A stretch of DNA of 63,018 nucleotides. It comes from a virus. Lineage: Duplodnaviria; Caudoviricetes. Both the position numbers and the translations under genes were made by a program. Position 1 is the stretch's first letter, and each line of letters starts with the position of its first letter. The stretch spans positions 1-63,018 of the IMG/VR virus record IMGVR_UViG_3300048838_000780; one strand, 5' to 3'. Of this stretch, positions 1 through 9,801 are shown one piece after another. A model generated the notes under the pieces. That model saw only the letters and a list, made by a program, of their open reading frames with translations. It searched no databases and was not told the DNA's origin.

Positions 1-127
1 ATTTGGAAAGACGCGACTACTTATTCCCGTAACGACAAAGACCGGATCCCTTCCGTCTTCGAATACCAAAACGGGGGGCTTTGTATTACAGTGGTCCGGG
101 GTCACCGTTTCAACCCGGAAAATTGGG
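1..127 (+). repeat. 127-bp exact direct repeat, copy 1 (copy 2 at 42748-42874)
   Basis: Direct sequence comparison; the length matches a common assembler k-mer. Confidence 0.97.
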
Positions 128-279
128 TCGTACATTGTCACCAATTGGGGATCGACACGGCGGACCTCAAATTGGAGGTTGCAAAAACCACCCCCGAACA
201 AGCACAAGAAGCAGCAATCGAAATGGTACGGACGCGACTTCGTCGCCTTTACGCCTGTTTGCCCAAAGAAATTAAGTAA
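1..279 (+). CDS. 3' part of a hypothetical protein that starts at 42733 across the circular junction
   Basis: ATG 42733 MEMEN continues in frame into IWKDATTYS... at position 1; stop at 279. Confidence 0.8.
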   Translation: MWKDATTYSRNDKDRIPSVFEYQNGGLCITVVRGHRFNPENWVVHCHQLGIDTADLKLEVAKTTPEQAQEAAIEMVRTRLRRLYACLPKEIK

Positions 280-300
280 CCACTAAAAAAACTTTGCTTT

Positions 301-1356
301 ATGTCACATGAAATTGATTTTTCGAAAGGATACCCCGCAATCGTAACAGTCGGGAAACCTGCATGGCACGGATTGGGTAAGACCGTAAACAAGATCGAAC
401 CCCTGGAAGCACTCAAGCAAGCGGGTTTGGATTTTAAGGTATTGTTGGCGCCCAATATCCACGCCTACCCGGTCGATCCGGCGACGGGGGATCCATACTT
501 CCCCTACCTCATTTCGGAAGAATCCTTCTTCACCTTCCGGACGGATACCGGAAAGGTCCTTGGCGACAAATTGGGCAAGTATTATTCCGTTCTTCAAAAC
601 TCCGAAGCAATCGAATTGATAACCCCCCTTTGCGAAATGGGGTTTAAGATCAACGTTGCGGGGGCGCTTCGCCACGGCCGGACGATCTTTCTTACCCTGG
701 AATTGGGGGAATACGTCGTCGGGAACAATGACAAGGTGAAGACTTACCTTGTCTTTACCAATACCCACGATGGAAGCCGGAATATTTACGCCTTTTTTAC
801 CGACGTCCGGGTCGTTTGTGCAAATACGTTGCACTTGGCTTTTGAGAAGGACGCCAACGGCAAAAGGTCCAAGGACGTTGTAAAGGTGGCGAAGACGGAA
901 CAAGCAATCGAATGGGTTTTACTGGCAGAAAAGCACACCACGAAGGCGCAAAAGGTCTTCGATCAAATGGCCAATATCCCCCTTTCCCCCGAACGCTTCT
1001 TCGACTACGTCGGGGCGGTCCTTTTCGACAACGCCGAACGTCGCAAACTTGCGTCCGGGGATCCTTCCTTCCTTTCGACCAGGAAGCGCAACCTTTTGTC
1101 CGACTTCTTCCGGTACGCTCAAGAAGGACCAGGACAAAAAGAGTACGCCGGTACCGTATGGGGCGCCTACAACGCGGTAACGGGTTACCTTGGCAACGTC
1201 AAGAACTACAAGGATCCTTCGACCAGGACCGAATCTATTTGGTTTGGCGAAAGTGCGAAAGTTTCGGAATTGGCCTTCGCCTATGCTTCTTCGCCTGAAA
1301 AAGTCCCGGCATTGTCGAAGTATGTGAAAAAGGACAAAGATTTTTTCCTCAACTAA
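301..1356 (+). CDS. DUF932/DUF945-family phage/plasmid protein
   Basis: PAWHGLG, NTHDGS, RVVCANTL and GTVWGAYNAVT motifs typical of DUF932. Confidence 0.9.
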   Translation: MSHEIDFSKGYPAIVTVGKPAWHGLGKTVNKIEPLEALKQAGLDFKVLLAPNIHAYPVDPATGDPYFPYLISEESFFTFRTDTGKVLGDKLGKYYSVLQNSEAIELITPLCEMGFKINVAGALRHGRTIFLTLELGEYVVGNNDKVKTYLVFTNTHDGSRNIYAFFTDVRVVCANTLHLAFEKDANGKRSKDVVKVAKTEQAIEWVLLAEKHTTKAQKVFDQMANIPLSPERFFDYVGAVLFDNAERRKLASGDPSFLSTRKRNLLSDFFRYAQEGPGQKEYAGTVWGAYNAVTGYLGNVKNYKDPSTRTESIWFGESAKVSELAFAYASSPEKVPALSKYVKKDKDFFLN

Positions 1357-1384
1357 ATAGCTGCAAACTAGGGACTTAGGAACT

Positions 1385-1421
1385 AAGGGACGACCCGGCG
1401 CCGGATCGTCCCTTGTTTTTT
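1385..1421 (+). terminator. Rho-independent terminator
   Basis: AAGGGACGA...TCGTCCCTT stem followed by a T tract. Confidence 0.8.
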
Positions 1422-1480
1422 AGGCATATTGTGTATTATCTTTACTATGCTTATCACACAAATAACAAAGCAAACGTACA

Positions 1481-2176
1481 ATGGAAGCACAAAAAAAGAC
1501 CTCCAACAATACCGTTTCAATGTCGCCGGAACAAGTTCGACAAAGGGTAATTGCCTTCGCAAGAAGGATTGCAAACGGACCAAAAGGCGAAAAGCCTTCC
1601 GAAATTATGCGCAAAGCGCACGTTTCCGGGGTAACCTTTTCGGCGCTTAAACACGCGCAACTATTCGAGCAAAAGGGCGGGAAATTCATTTTTGCCGGTC
1701 CGTTACAAATTGCCTTGGCGGCGAAGCAATTCGAGGAAGCAGCAAGAATAATCCTTGACGCCCGGGAAGTTTACAATTCCTTCCTTGTGGAAGAAAGGAA
1801 GAAGCGGGCAATTGCAACCCCTGGAAGCGAAGCGCCGGTAAGCGTCCAAGGGGTGAAATTAGAACTTCCCTTCCACGGGGGACAAAACGACAAGGATCTG
1901 AAAGGTACGGCGAAGGATCAACCGGTCCCGGAAGTCGACATAGTTTACAATTATTCCAACGGGGAAAGGACCGTCGAAGCGGTCGAAAGAAAGGGGATCC
2001 CCCTTACCTCAACCTATAAAACGAAGCCCGAAGGATACCCGGTCGTCATATCGAAAGACGCCTATTACCACGCAATCGCTTTTTGCATCTCGCAAGGAAG
2101 GGTATTGGCGGACGTCGTCGACGAAGCGGTCTTCTTCTTCTTGGCGGATCACCTTTCGAAAAAAGCCGGTCGATAA
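1481..2176 (+). CDS. Hypothetical protein
   Basis: 231-aa ORF with genome-typical codon usage. Confidence 0.7.
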   Translation: MEAQKKTSNNTVSMSPEQVRQRVIAFARRIANGPKGEKPSEIMRKAHVSGVTFSALKHAQLFEQKGGKFIFAGPLQIALAAKQFEEAARIILDAREVYNSFLVEERKKRAIATPGSEAPVSVQGVKLELPFHGGQNDKDLKGTAKDQPVPEVDIVYNYSNGERTVEAVERKGIPLTSTYKTKPEGYPVVISKDAYYHAIAFCISQGRVLADVVDEAVFFFLADHLSKKAGR

Positions 2177-2226
2177 TCCCAAGGGGGCGCTTTGCCCCTT
2201 TTCATATCACATAAAACGAATCCACA

Positions 2227-2445
2227 ATGGCAAAAGTGCAATTTACCACGGACCGAACTTTCGAAGTCGCCTTCGCAGAACTCAACTGCCAAAGGGCGGA
2301 ACAAAACAAAAAGCCAATATCGAAGAAGGCTTTTATTGGCTACTGTTTCGACTTCTTTTTTTCCCCGGAAGTTCCCCCGGCGGAAGGGGACAAAGCGGAA
2401 GTCTTTTCCTTCTTTATCTCAAAGATCCGAAGCAATGGCAAGTAA
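2227..2445 (+). CDS. Hypothetical protein
   Basis: 72-aa ORF in tight operon spacing. Confidence 0.55.
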   Translation: MAKVQFTTDRTFEVAFAELNCQRAEQNKKPISKKAFIGYCFDFFFSPEVPPAEGDKAEVFSFFISKIRSNGK

Positions 2446-2764
2446 AAACAAACGGCGCTATTTCCGGCCAACGATAACCCTTTGGACGGACCTTTTAACG
2501 GGACTTGGTGCAATTGGCCTATTTTTTGTACTAATCGTCGGGGATTGGTCGGTAATAAAGGCGAATTCCGCTTGGATTATTGGCGCCTATGTTTTTGCCT
2601 TGGCGCTTTTATTCTTCCGGGTCGAATCAAAAAAAAAAGTAACCAATGAAAAACGCAACGCGGTTTATAACCTTCTTGGCGGCCGGTCTTTGCCTTGCCG
2701 TATCCCTTTCCATCGAAGCGGACTTTTATTCCCGTTTCTTGGCTTCGATCCTTGGGGAAGGTAA
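2435..2764 (+). CDS. Small two-TM membrane protein (3' end uncertain because of an A10 tract)
   Basis: MASKNKRR followed by two hydrophobic helices; overlaps the next gene by about 120 nt unless the A-run is one base shorter. Confidence 0.55.
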   Translation: MASKNKRRYFRPTITLWTDLLTGLGAIGLFFVLIVGDWSVIKANSAWIIGAYVFALALLFFRVESKKKVTNEKRNAVYNLLGGRSLPCRIPFHRSGLLFPFLGFDPWGR

Positions 2765-3332
2765 GTACGTTTGGCTTCCGGTCCTTTCGGCCGTAACGGT
2801 CCAAGTTGCACGGTTGGCGACGTCCTGGAATAGCGCTTCTTTCGCGTCCCGGGATATGGTCCAACAAGCAACGGCAAACTTGAGAATTTCCGGAACGATT
2901 GCGATATACGAAACGGTCGAAGTAACCTTGTTTGGTCTTGCATACCTGGAAGGAGGAACGGCCGGGGCCTTCGTTCTTTTCGGATCGTTCTTTGTTTGGG
3001 TATCGTTCGCCTTGGAAATTATCTTGGTCCGTTCCCTCAACCCGAAGACGATACCTTCCGGAACGTCACAAGCGGAACAACCGGCACCGGAAACAGGAAC
3101 GGCGGTACAAACTTCCGGAACGTCACAAGCGGAACGAAGGGAACGTCCCCGACCAGGGGGCGGACCGTCCCGGGATCGTTCCACGAAACACGCAAAGCAA
3201 GATCTTCCTTTGGCAATCCTGGAAGCAAAGGAACGAATTGCAGCCACGGGACAACGGCCGTCCTACCAAGCAATTGCGGACCTTGTCGGTTGTTCCAAGA
3301 CTTCCGTTTCCCGGGTATTATCTGGCAGCTAA
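2646..3332 (+). CDS. Multi-TM membrane protein with C-terminal HTH
   Basis: About four hydrophobic helices, a Pro/Thr linker, then PSYQAIADLVGCSKTSVSRVL helix-turn-helix. Confidence 0.75.
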   Translation: MKNATRFITFLAAGLCLAVSLSIEADFYSRFLASILGEGKYVWLPVLSAVTVQVARLATSWNSASFASRDMVQQATANLRISGTIAIYETVEVTLFGLAYLEGGTAGAFVLFGSFFVWVSFALEIILVRSLNPKTIPSGTSQAEQPAPETGTAVQTSGTSQAERRERPRPGGGPSRDRSTKHAKQDLPLAILEAKERIAATGQRPSYQAIADLVGCSKTSVSRVLSGS

Positions 3333-3343
3333 ACAAAAAAATT

Positions 3344-3898
3344 ATGGTACTCCTATTCACTTTAAAAACGCTTGGTGTAATTGTTCTTTTGATCCTTGCC
3401 GTTCCCTTTGCTTGGATCCTTGCTTGGTTTATTCCGTTCCCGGGAACCGTATCCGGGTACGAATGGTCCCGGCATTTTAAAATTATGGAACAACTCCGAA
3501 ACTTGGACAAACGCGCCCGGGGGCTAAACGTCGGAACGATCCAACCCGAACCAGGAAACGAAGTCGACGAATACTTCGCCAATTGTTCCAAATACGAAAT
3601 GGTCCGGGAATTGTGGCAAATTTCCAAGACCTACCCCGACGCCTACCCCAAGACGGAAAACTATTGGCATGAAATGAGGGAAATTAGGGCAATGGGCTTC
3701 CGGACCGTCGACAAGGGGGACGATACTTTCGTCGGATACCGTGGCGACGATCCGACGGAAACGGTAAGGACTTACAAACCAAAGCAGACCGGCGGCAAAA
3801 TGTCCCGAATCGACCAGGAAATAAACGTCGTCGAATTGGATCCGATACCGTCCGAAGCGGGGACTAAGCCCCCCCCTACCGAAGAAGAACCGTCGTAA
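3344..3898 (+). CDS. Membrane-anchored hypothetical protein
   Basis: ATG 3344 after an A-rich leader; N-terminal TM helix. Confidence 0.65.
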   Translation: MVLLFTLKTLGVIVLLILAVPFAWILAWFIPFPGTVSGYEWSRHFKIMEQLRNLDKRARGLNVGTIQPEPGNEVDEYFANCSKYEMVRELWQISKTYPDAYPKTENYWHEMREIRAMGFRTVDKGDDTFVGYRGDDPTETVRTYKPKQTGGKMSRIDQEINVVELDPIPSEAGTKPPPTEEEPS

Positions 3899-3975
3899 CT
3901 TGTTGAGGGACAATTCCAAAAAAGCCCTACCCCGTCCAACGGAGTAGGGGGGGGGGTAAAAAAACCCCCCTTTTT

Positions 3976-4006
3976 TTTGCTTTGTCTGATATAGTTGTTA
4001 TATTTG
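3976..4006 (+). promoter_or_regulatory. Bacteroidota housekeeping-sigma promoter (-33 TTTG / -7 TAnnTTTG)
   Basis: TTTG 3976-3979, 19-nt spacer, TATATTTG 3999-4006; preceded by a G/C hairpin with T tract (3947-3978). Confidence 0.7.
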
Positions 4007-4067
4007 TATCGTTGGCGGATCCCCCAAGGCAGGGGGCGCCTATTTTGTCACTAAACGACTTCGCAAT

Positions 4068-5387
4068 ATGAAACCAAGAATTTTAAAGCGACTTCCCAAG
4101 GAGGTTACAAGCGTACTTCGCAATCCCGGTCTTTTCCGTCCGGTAAACGTCGTCGGGGAAGATGCGGAATTAGTGGTCTTGAGATACCACGAAACCAGGA
4201 AGCAACGTATTTGGTGGAACGTCCAAACGGGACAACCCATTAACACGGACCAAATATTGCCCCTTCCTTATTCTCCGATTGGCGACGGGACTTATTGGTC
4301 CCTTTGGGTACCCGCCGGGGTCGATATTTATTCGCCAACCCCGAAGACCTTTGGTCCTGTTTCCATCCTGGAAGGGGAAGAAGGCGAAGCGGAAGACGCC
4401 AAACGATACGAAGCAATTTCCGGCCTTCTAAGCAACGACGACCAGGGGGAAGCACAAACCCCCAACGACGCGACGATCGTACAACCTACCCCCGAATCCG
4501 ACGACGACGAAGGCGAATTTTGGGAACAAGTAACCCCGATATACAACGGCTTTGCACCGGCGGAACTTCTTTACCGGTCCGATAAATTCAAGGATCGTTA
4601 TTACTTCCGGCGCCCGGAAGGATCCCCCCCCGTTGGTTACCTTTCAATGACGTCCTTTGTCAAGAAGGCGCTTCCTACTTCCCCTTATTTGCTCAAGTGG
4701 TACCAAACCCACGGCGCCCAAGCGGACGAAATGAGGGACGAACGGTCGGAATACGGGACGATTTTACATATCGTTTGCGTCCGGACCGTCATTAACGGGG
4801 GCGGATCCTTCCGGGAAATACGGGAAACATTCCGGGAAGCTGCAAAAGCGACGGAAGGCGCCAACGTCGAACAATGGGAAGAAGACGGCGTCCGGGACGT
4901 TTTAGCGTTCCTTACCTTCGTAGTCGAAACGGAGGTTGAAATATTGGCGGCGGAATACCCGGTCTATTCCGACAAATACGGTCTTGCGGGTTGTTTGGAC
5001 TTCGTCGTCCGGATCAAATTTGGACGGGTGAAGGTAAACGCAATCGTTGACCTGAAAAGCGGCCGGAAAGGGTTTTACGAATCGCACGAAGCACAATTGC
5101 ACGGATACAAGACCGTTTGGAACGAAGATCCGTACCGGCGGGAAGTATTCCCCGTTACCCATGTGTTTAATTGGCGTCCTTCCGCTTGGCGGGATATTCC
5201 AAAATATGAGTTGAAGAACCAAACGGAAAGCATTTTCGCGGAAACGATCGAACATCGTATGGAATTGGCAAGGTTGGAAGGTTGGGTCGATCCCCCGAAA
5301 TTCCGGCAAGTTATCGACGGCGAATTTACCTTGGAGAACTTCGATTGGAAAAACCATATTACTAACCTTCCAATTTTCGGGGAATGA
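4068..5387 (+). CDS. PD-(D/E)XK (RecB/Cas4-like) recombination exonuclease
   Basis: GTILH, AGCLD...IVDLKSG and QLHGY motifs. Confidence 0.8.
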   Translation: MKPRILKRLPKEVTSVLRNPGLFRPVNVVGEDAELVVLRYHETRKQRIWWNVQTGQPINTDQILPLPYSPIGDGTYWSLWVPAGVDIYSPTPKTFGPVSILEGEEGEAEDAKRYEAISGLLSNDDQGEAQTPNDATIVQPTPESDDDEGEFWEQVTPIYNGFAPAELLYRSDKFKDRYYFRRPEGSPPVGYLSMTSFVKKALPTSPYLLKWYQTHGAQADEMRDERSEYGTILHIVCVRTVINGGGSFREIRETFREAAKATEGANVEQWEEDGVRDVLAFLTFVVETEVEILAAEYPVYSDKYGLAGCLDFVVRIKFGRVKVNAIVDLKSGRKGFYESHEAQLHGYKTVWNEDPYRREVFPVTHVFNWRPSAWRDIPKYELKNQTESIFAETIEHRMELARLEGWVDPPKFRQVIDGEFTLENFDWKNHITNLPIFGE

Positions 5388-5534
5388 TAACAGTAGTTTG
5401 TTTTGCCTGGAAGAATTAAACGGGATCTTTGAGGAATTCGACGTCCTTAGTTGGGATGATCCGACACATGAAACAAAAAAGGAAGAACTTTCCGGCAAGT
5501 GGTTTAAATTATTCAACAATCTAAAAGGGCAACA

Positions 5535-6581
5535 ATGAGGATCAAACGCGACAAGACCAAAACGGCAACCTTCGGGCGCCTTGGTAAAATTAAGGTCGGG
5601 GAACGTCGTTTGGCGGACAATGGGAAGGAATACCCGGCATCGACGGACTTTTTTATCTTTTCGTCCCAAGTCCCCCGGCGGGTACAAAAGATCGAAAACC
5701 TTCTTTTGGGACTTCCTGAAAACAAGGAAGCGGGAAAGATCGTCGTTATCCCTTGCACCTTTGCAAGCGACGACGACGGGGAAGTATGTTCCCAATTCTA
5801 CGAACTACGGAACAAGGCGGGGCAAGTCGTCGCCAAGGGGGACGGATCGACCTTCTACGAATCGGGGTCGGAAGGGTACATCTTGAGGACGCCCGGGGAC
5901 GCTGCAAAGTACATGGAAGACCTCCAAAGGAAGACCCCGGAAGGCGTTTGGCGGGAATGCTTGGTACTTCGGGTCGTCGTCCTTGGCTTCGACGAATTGG
6001 GTACTTGGGAATTTCGGTCCTACGGCGTGGAAACGACGATCCCGTCGATTGTTGAGACGTTTGATAGTATAAAGTCCCTTGCCGGACGGGTACGCGGGAT
6101 CCCGTTTCGACTTGTGGTCGACAAGCAAAAATCGAACCGGTCCGGGGTCAACCGGCAATATCCCGTCGTAAACTTGTTTTGCGACTTTTCCCCGGAAGGA
6201 TTGGACAATATCCGCCTTCTTGGCGCCAACCTAACCGGGATCATTACGGCGGCCAAGTTGGAAGCAGCGACGACCCCGGAACTTCCCCCGGCGCCTTCCC
6301 CGGCATTGGAAGCAGCGACGGCGCCCGGATCTTCGGACCAGGAAGACAAACCCGTCGAAGAATACGTCTTCACCCTGGAAGAAATTACGGATCAATTCTT
6401 GAGCAATTACATTCTTCGTACCCCGTCGGACTTTACGGAAGCGGCAAAAGAGATTGCGGGGTCTTCCTTGTTGAGCAAGGAGGAAAAACAGGCAATCGCA
6501 AAGGAGTTGGGCGCCAAGGCGCAAGAAAAAGGGTACAAATGGGATCCGGAAAAACAGGCATACAATGGCGCGGCAAATTGA
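5535..6581 (+). CDS. Gp3-like (recombination directionality factor-like) protein
   Basis: N-terminal RLGKIKVG...YP..TDFF motif; adjacent to the exonuclease. Confidence 0.7.
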   Translation: MRIKRDKTKTATFGRLGKIKVGERRLADNGKEYPASTDFFIFSSQVPRRVQKIENLLLGLPENKEAGKIVVIPCTFASDDDGEVCSQFYELRNKAGQVVAKGDGSTFYESGSEGYILRTPGDAAKYMEDLQRKTPEGVWRECLVLRVVVLGFDELGTWEFRSYGVETTIPSIVETFDSIKSLAGRVRGIPFRLVVDKQKSNRSGVNRQYPVVNLFCDFSPEGLDNIRLLGANLTGIITAAKLEAATTPELPPAPSPALEAATAPGSSDQEDKPVEEYVFTLEEITDQFLSNYILRTPSDFTEAAKEIAGSSLLSKEEKQAIAKELGAKAQEKGYKWDPEKQAYNGAAN

Positions 6582-6825
6582 CCTTTTCGACCTTATCGAC
6601 CCGTCCGATCCCCAATTCGAACGGTACACTTGCAAAAACCCAATGGTTAGAAAGTATGGGTTTGGACCGGAAGGGACCAAGTGTAAAACGTGCAAATTTC
6701 TTTGTCATAGGGATATGGGGAAGCGGTATTACAAATGTGAGAAGCGGGGACTAAGCCGGTCCGAAACGACGGACCATAGGGTAAACTTCCCCGCTTGCAT
6801 ATTTTACGAAAGCGACGTACCTTAA
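6565..6825 (+). CDS. Small Cys-rich phage protein
   Basis: CKTC...KC...DHR...AC pattern. Confidence 0.65.
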   Translation: MARQIDLFDLIDPSDPQFERYTCKNPMVRKYGFGPEGTKCKTCKFLCHRDMGKRYYKCEKRGLSRSETTDHRVNFPACIFYESDVP

Positions 6826-6854
6826 TCGACCCAATCACTTAAAAAAACTTTGCA

Positions 6855-7787
6855 ATGATAAACTACGATCCCCTTTTACTTGACGAACTAACCGAAGAAG
6901 AATTTTGGTTGGCGCAACAAGTCGCAAGGCATTTAAGCGTAACCGACGGGACGGCCTACCCCTCAACGAAAAGGCTGCAAGAATTGGTAAAGTGGTCCGA
7001 CATTAAGAAAGTACGTCGGGTACGCGACCAATTGGTACAAAAAAGGATCTTCGAAGTCGTCCCCCGTTTCCTTCCCGACGGGCGCCAAACCTCCAACGGG
7101 TTTCGCGTCGTCGGGAAACGAATTGGAATTTACCTTGGCGTCGACCAAGTCCAAGAAATGCGGGTACTTATCGAAGACCTCCAAGGACAAATAAGCGCTT
7201 TACAACAACTTCCGACCCCCGATACAGACCAGGACCAACCCTTGCAAATTGGGGGGGAAGATCCTTCCCCGGTAGGGGGTAAAAAAACTACCCCCCCACG
7301 GGGTAAAAAACATACCCCCCGGGGGGGTAAAGAATTGACCCCCGAACAAGAAATACAATTAACTGGAAATCTAAATAACCTATATTCTATTCCCGAAGGG
7401 TTGAACGACGACAAGTTTTTGGAAGACCTCCAATTGCTTTTAACTCAAAAAAAATGGAAGAAAAAGCCGGTTTCGGCCGTTCAGCTTGCGATAAACAAAC
7501 TTTCCGCCTACCCCGTGGAATTCGCCCGGGAATTGGTACAAAACGCAATCGTTGGAGAATACCAAGGGGTCGTTTTCCCTTCGACCCCGGAAGTCTTCAA
7601 GAAGTGGGCAACCTCTAATAATTTTTCACTAAAAAACAACTTGCACAATGGACAACCAACAACTTTCCAAGGTAACGGCTTCGACCGTCGATTTGCCGAA
7701 TCTTTCAACCGGACAATGGGTAAAATTGGAACAAGATACCAGGAAGACAACGTCGACCTTGGGGATCCCTCCTTCGACCGTTTCTAG
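6855..7787 (+). CDS. Replication initiator (N-terminal wHTH, lambda O-like layout)
   Basis: AYPS..RLQE wHTH and GRQTSN motif; internal iteron repeats. Confidence 0.75.
   Translation: MINYDPLLLDELTEEEFWLAQQVARHLSVTDGTAYPSTKRLQELVKWSDIKKVRRVRDQLVQKRIFEVVPRFLPDGRQTSNGFRVVGKRIGIYLGVDQVQEMRVLIEDLQGQISALQQLPTPDTDQDQPLQIGGEDPSPVGGKKTTPPRGKKHTPRGGKELTPEQEIQLTGNLNNLYSIPEGLNDDKFLEDLQLLLTQKKWKKKPVSAVQLAINKLSAYPVEFARELVQNAIVGEYQGVVFPSTPEVFKKWATSNNFSLKNNLHNGQPTTFQGNGFDRRFAESFNRTMGKIGTRYQEDNVDLGDPSFDRF
7252..7344. repeat. Iteron-like imperfect palindromic repeats, probable origin of A
   Basis: Three GGGGTAAA-N-ACCCCC units plus one degenerate unit, about 23-25 bp apart, inside the initiator gene. Confidence 0.65.
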
Positions 7788-8583
7788 AATGCTTGCGGGT
7801 ATGGCATCGCCAAGCCGGAAGATCCGCAACCTCAACGGTCCGACCGTAAAACATTTCGTCGGATCCATACAAACGGCGGCCGTTTCCTATTGCGGGGCGG
7901 ATCCCGACAGGACAAGCGAAGTCGTTTGGTCCGAATGCTTGGAACAAGCCAAGCGGTTTTTTGCCGACGTAACGGTCGACGAAATCTTGGAAGCCTTCCG
8001 CCTTGCGGCGGCCGGACAATACCCCGACGTTAATTTGGCGGCATATCGGGGGCAAATGACGGCAACAATTTTTTGTGAAGTCCTGGCAGCGTACACAACG
8101 GACCGGAACAAAGTAAAAATAGCGGTCGACAAGGTCTTGGGACAGTGGACGCAAGACAACCTAAAAGACGCGGTCGAAAGAAAGAACGAACTTGCCCGGA
8201 TGCAGGTAGTTAAGGACTTCAAGGAGTTACGCGACAAGGTAGCGGCCGGGAAGACCCCCGTTCCCGACGTCGAAGAAATCCGTTTGTTTTGGTTCGACTT
8301 CTTGAAGGATACCGGGTTGTTGGATCTTCCACGGGAAGTAAAGGTCGTCCTTTGGGACAAGGCATTGGACTTGGTGAAGATCGACCTTTCGAAGCCTTCC
8401 GACCGGTACGAAGCCAATACCTTTCGGGCGCTTTTCAAACAACTTGAGGCGGGGACGATCCCTAATACCGTCCAAGGGAAGCGGGAAGCAAAATACAAGC
8501 GGTTGATAATCCAAAAGGCGCTTTGCCAACCGGTAACCCCTGGAAGCGATAGGACGGACCAAAAAAACTTCTTTTCGGAATGA
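7648..8583 (+). CDS. Hypothetical protein (helicase-loader position)
   Basis: 311-aa ORF directly after the initiator. Confidence 0.65.
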   Translation: MDNQQLSKVTASTVDLPNLSTGQWVKLEQDTRKTTSTLGIPPSTVSRMLAGMASPSRKIRNLNGPTVKHFVGSIQTAAVSYCGADPDRTSEVVWSECLEQAKRFFADVTVDEILEAFRLAAAGQYPDVNLAAYRGQMTATIFCEVLAAYTTDRNKVKIAVDKVLGQWTQDNLKDAVERKNELARMQVVKDFKELRDKVAAGKTPVPDVEEIRLFWFDFLKDTGLLDLPREVKVVLWDKALDLVKIDLSKPSDRYEANTFRALFKQLEAGTIPNTVQGKREAKYKRLIIQKALCQPVTPGSDRTDQKNFFSE

Positions 8584-8972
8584 TACCCCTTTATCGCCCA
8601 CGGTTTCGATACCTCTATTTAATGCAAAAAGGCGACTCCAACGTCGTTAAAATAGGGGTATCGAATACCCCTTGGCTTCGCAAGCATTACATTGGGCAAA
8701 ACGTCCCCAATATCCGGATAATCCGTTGCGTCCGGACCAATAGGGCAAAGTTTTGGGAAGAAAAGTTGCATAATAAGTATGCTTCTTCCCGTTTTGTCCT
8801 TCGGGGCGGCGGATCCGGACGAACGGAATACTTCCGCCTAAATTGGGTCGAATTCGCCTTGGTACTCTACGACTTTTGGTTTATTAAGGTCTTCCCCCTT
8901 TCCCGGTTACTGGAATACGGGGTCGCCTTGTGGTTTGTTTACCTCCTTCTAAAAGATGCGGCCAATGGATAA
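8580..8972 (+). CDS. GIY-YIG superfamily (T5orf172/MUG113-like) protein
   Basis: YLYLM...KIGVS..P..R...E..LH...TEYF motif. Confidence 0.8.
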   Translation: MIPLYRPRFRYLYLMQKGDSNVVKIGVSNTPWLRKHYIGQNVPNIRIIRCVRTNRAKFWEEKLHNKYASSRFVLRGGGSGRTEYFRLNWVEFALVLYDFWFIKVFPLSRLLEYGVALWFVYLLLKDAANG

Positions 8973-9219
8973 TCTTAAATTTGCTTGCCCGGATCTTCCG
9001 GATCTTCCGGAAGACCTGGAATGTAAGCCGGTCGACAATGTCGCAACGGCGCAATTTCGCCGGATCTTCGACGATCGGTACTTCGTTACAATGGTATTCG
9101 AATCGGGGATGGAAGTTTACGGGGTTTTTGACTTGGAAAGCAAGGCGACACAAGACGACGTCGACTTCTACGTCTTCAAAAACGACCTTGGCCAACGACT
9201 TTCTTTTTACCTAAAATGA
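8965..9219 (+). CDS. Hypothetical acidic protein
   Basis: Coupled ORF with a PDL x3 repeat. Confidence 0.55.
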   Translation: MDNLKFACPDLPDLPEDLECKPVDNVATAQFRRIFDDRYFVTMVFESGMEVYGVFDLESKATQDDVDFYVFKNDLGQRLSFYLK

Positions 9220-9518
9220 TAATGACAATGGAAACACAAAAAAACGATTGTTACCAATGCAAGCACCGGCACCAAGTCCCGGGGTCTGCACATTCGATGT
9301 GTAAAGCATTCCCGGACAATGTAGGTATGTTAGTCCTAAACGAAATTGCCCGGGGCGCCTTGCCGACCGTTGAGATAAACGGCGCCGTAAAACTTACTTT
9401 TAACCCCGTCGGGATCGAAGGCGGTTGGTGTTATTGGCCGGTAAACTTCGACCCTTGTTGGATAACTTGCCAGTTATCCCGGGACGACTTTAAAGCGCTT
9501 GGACATGGGAAAGAATAA
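9216..9518 (+). CDS. Small Cys/His-rich phage protein
   Basis: CYQCKH...H..C and GWCYWPVNFDPCW motifs. Confidence 0.65.
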   Translation: MIMTMETQKNDCYQCKHRHQVPGSAHSMCKAFPDNVGMLVLNEIARGALPTVEINGAVKLTFNPVGIEGGWCYWPVNFDPCWITCQLSRDDFKALGHGKE

Positions 9519-9801
9519 ATTTCAAGACTTCCCGTTTAACCCGGCACAAATGGCGCAATATCACCGGCCAATCGTTGCCGTTGAGATCAAACAAGCCGGG
9601 TACAACCTTTTTTCCGTCAAGATCGAACTTGCCGACGGGGAAGTATTTACGGCTGATTTTACCAATGTTATGTACGCGCTTGGAAATGGGTACTTACAGG
9701 CGGAGAACGAAGAAGGCGGCGTAATTATGGAATTTTCGTTGCGGTCTTCAATCCCTGGAAAGATGCAAGAAATTTACAACCAACAAATTAATAACCAATG
9801 A
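9505..9801 (+). CDS. Hypothetical protein
   Basis: Coupled ORF. Confidence 0.55.
   Translation: MGKNKFQDFPFNPAQMAQYHRPIVAVEIKQAGYNLFSVKIELADGEVFTADFTNVMYALGNGYLQAENEEGGVIMEFSLRSSIPGKMQEIYNQQINNQ

Noticed and set aside
4068-5387. Cas4 as part of a CRISPR system
   Set aside because: No array or other cas genes; the context is a phage recombination module
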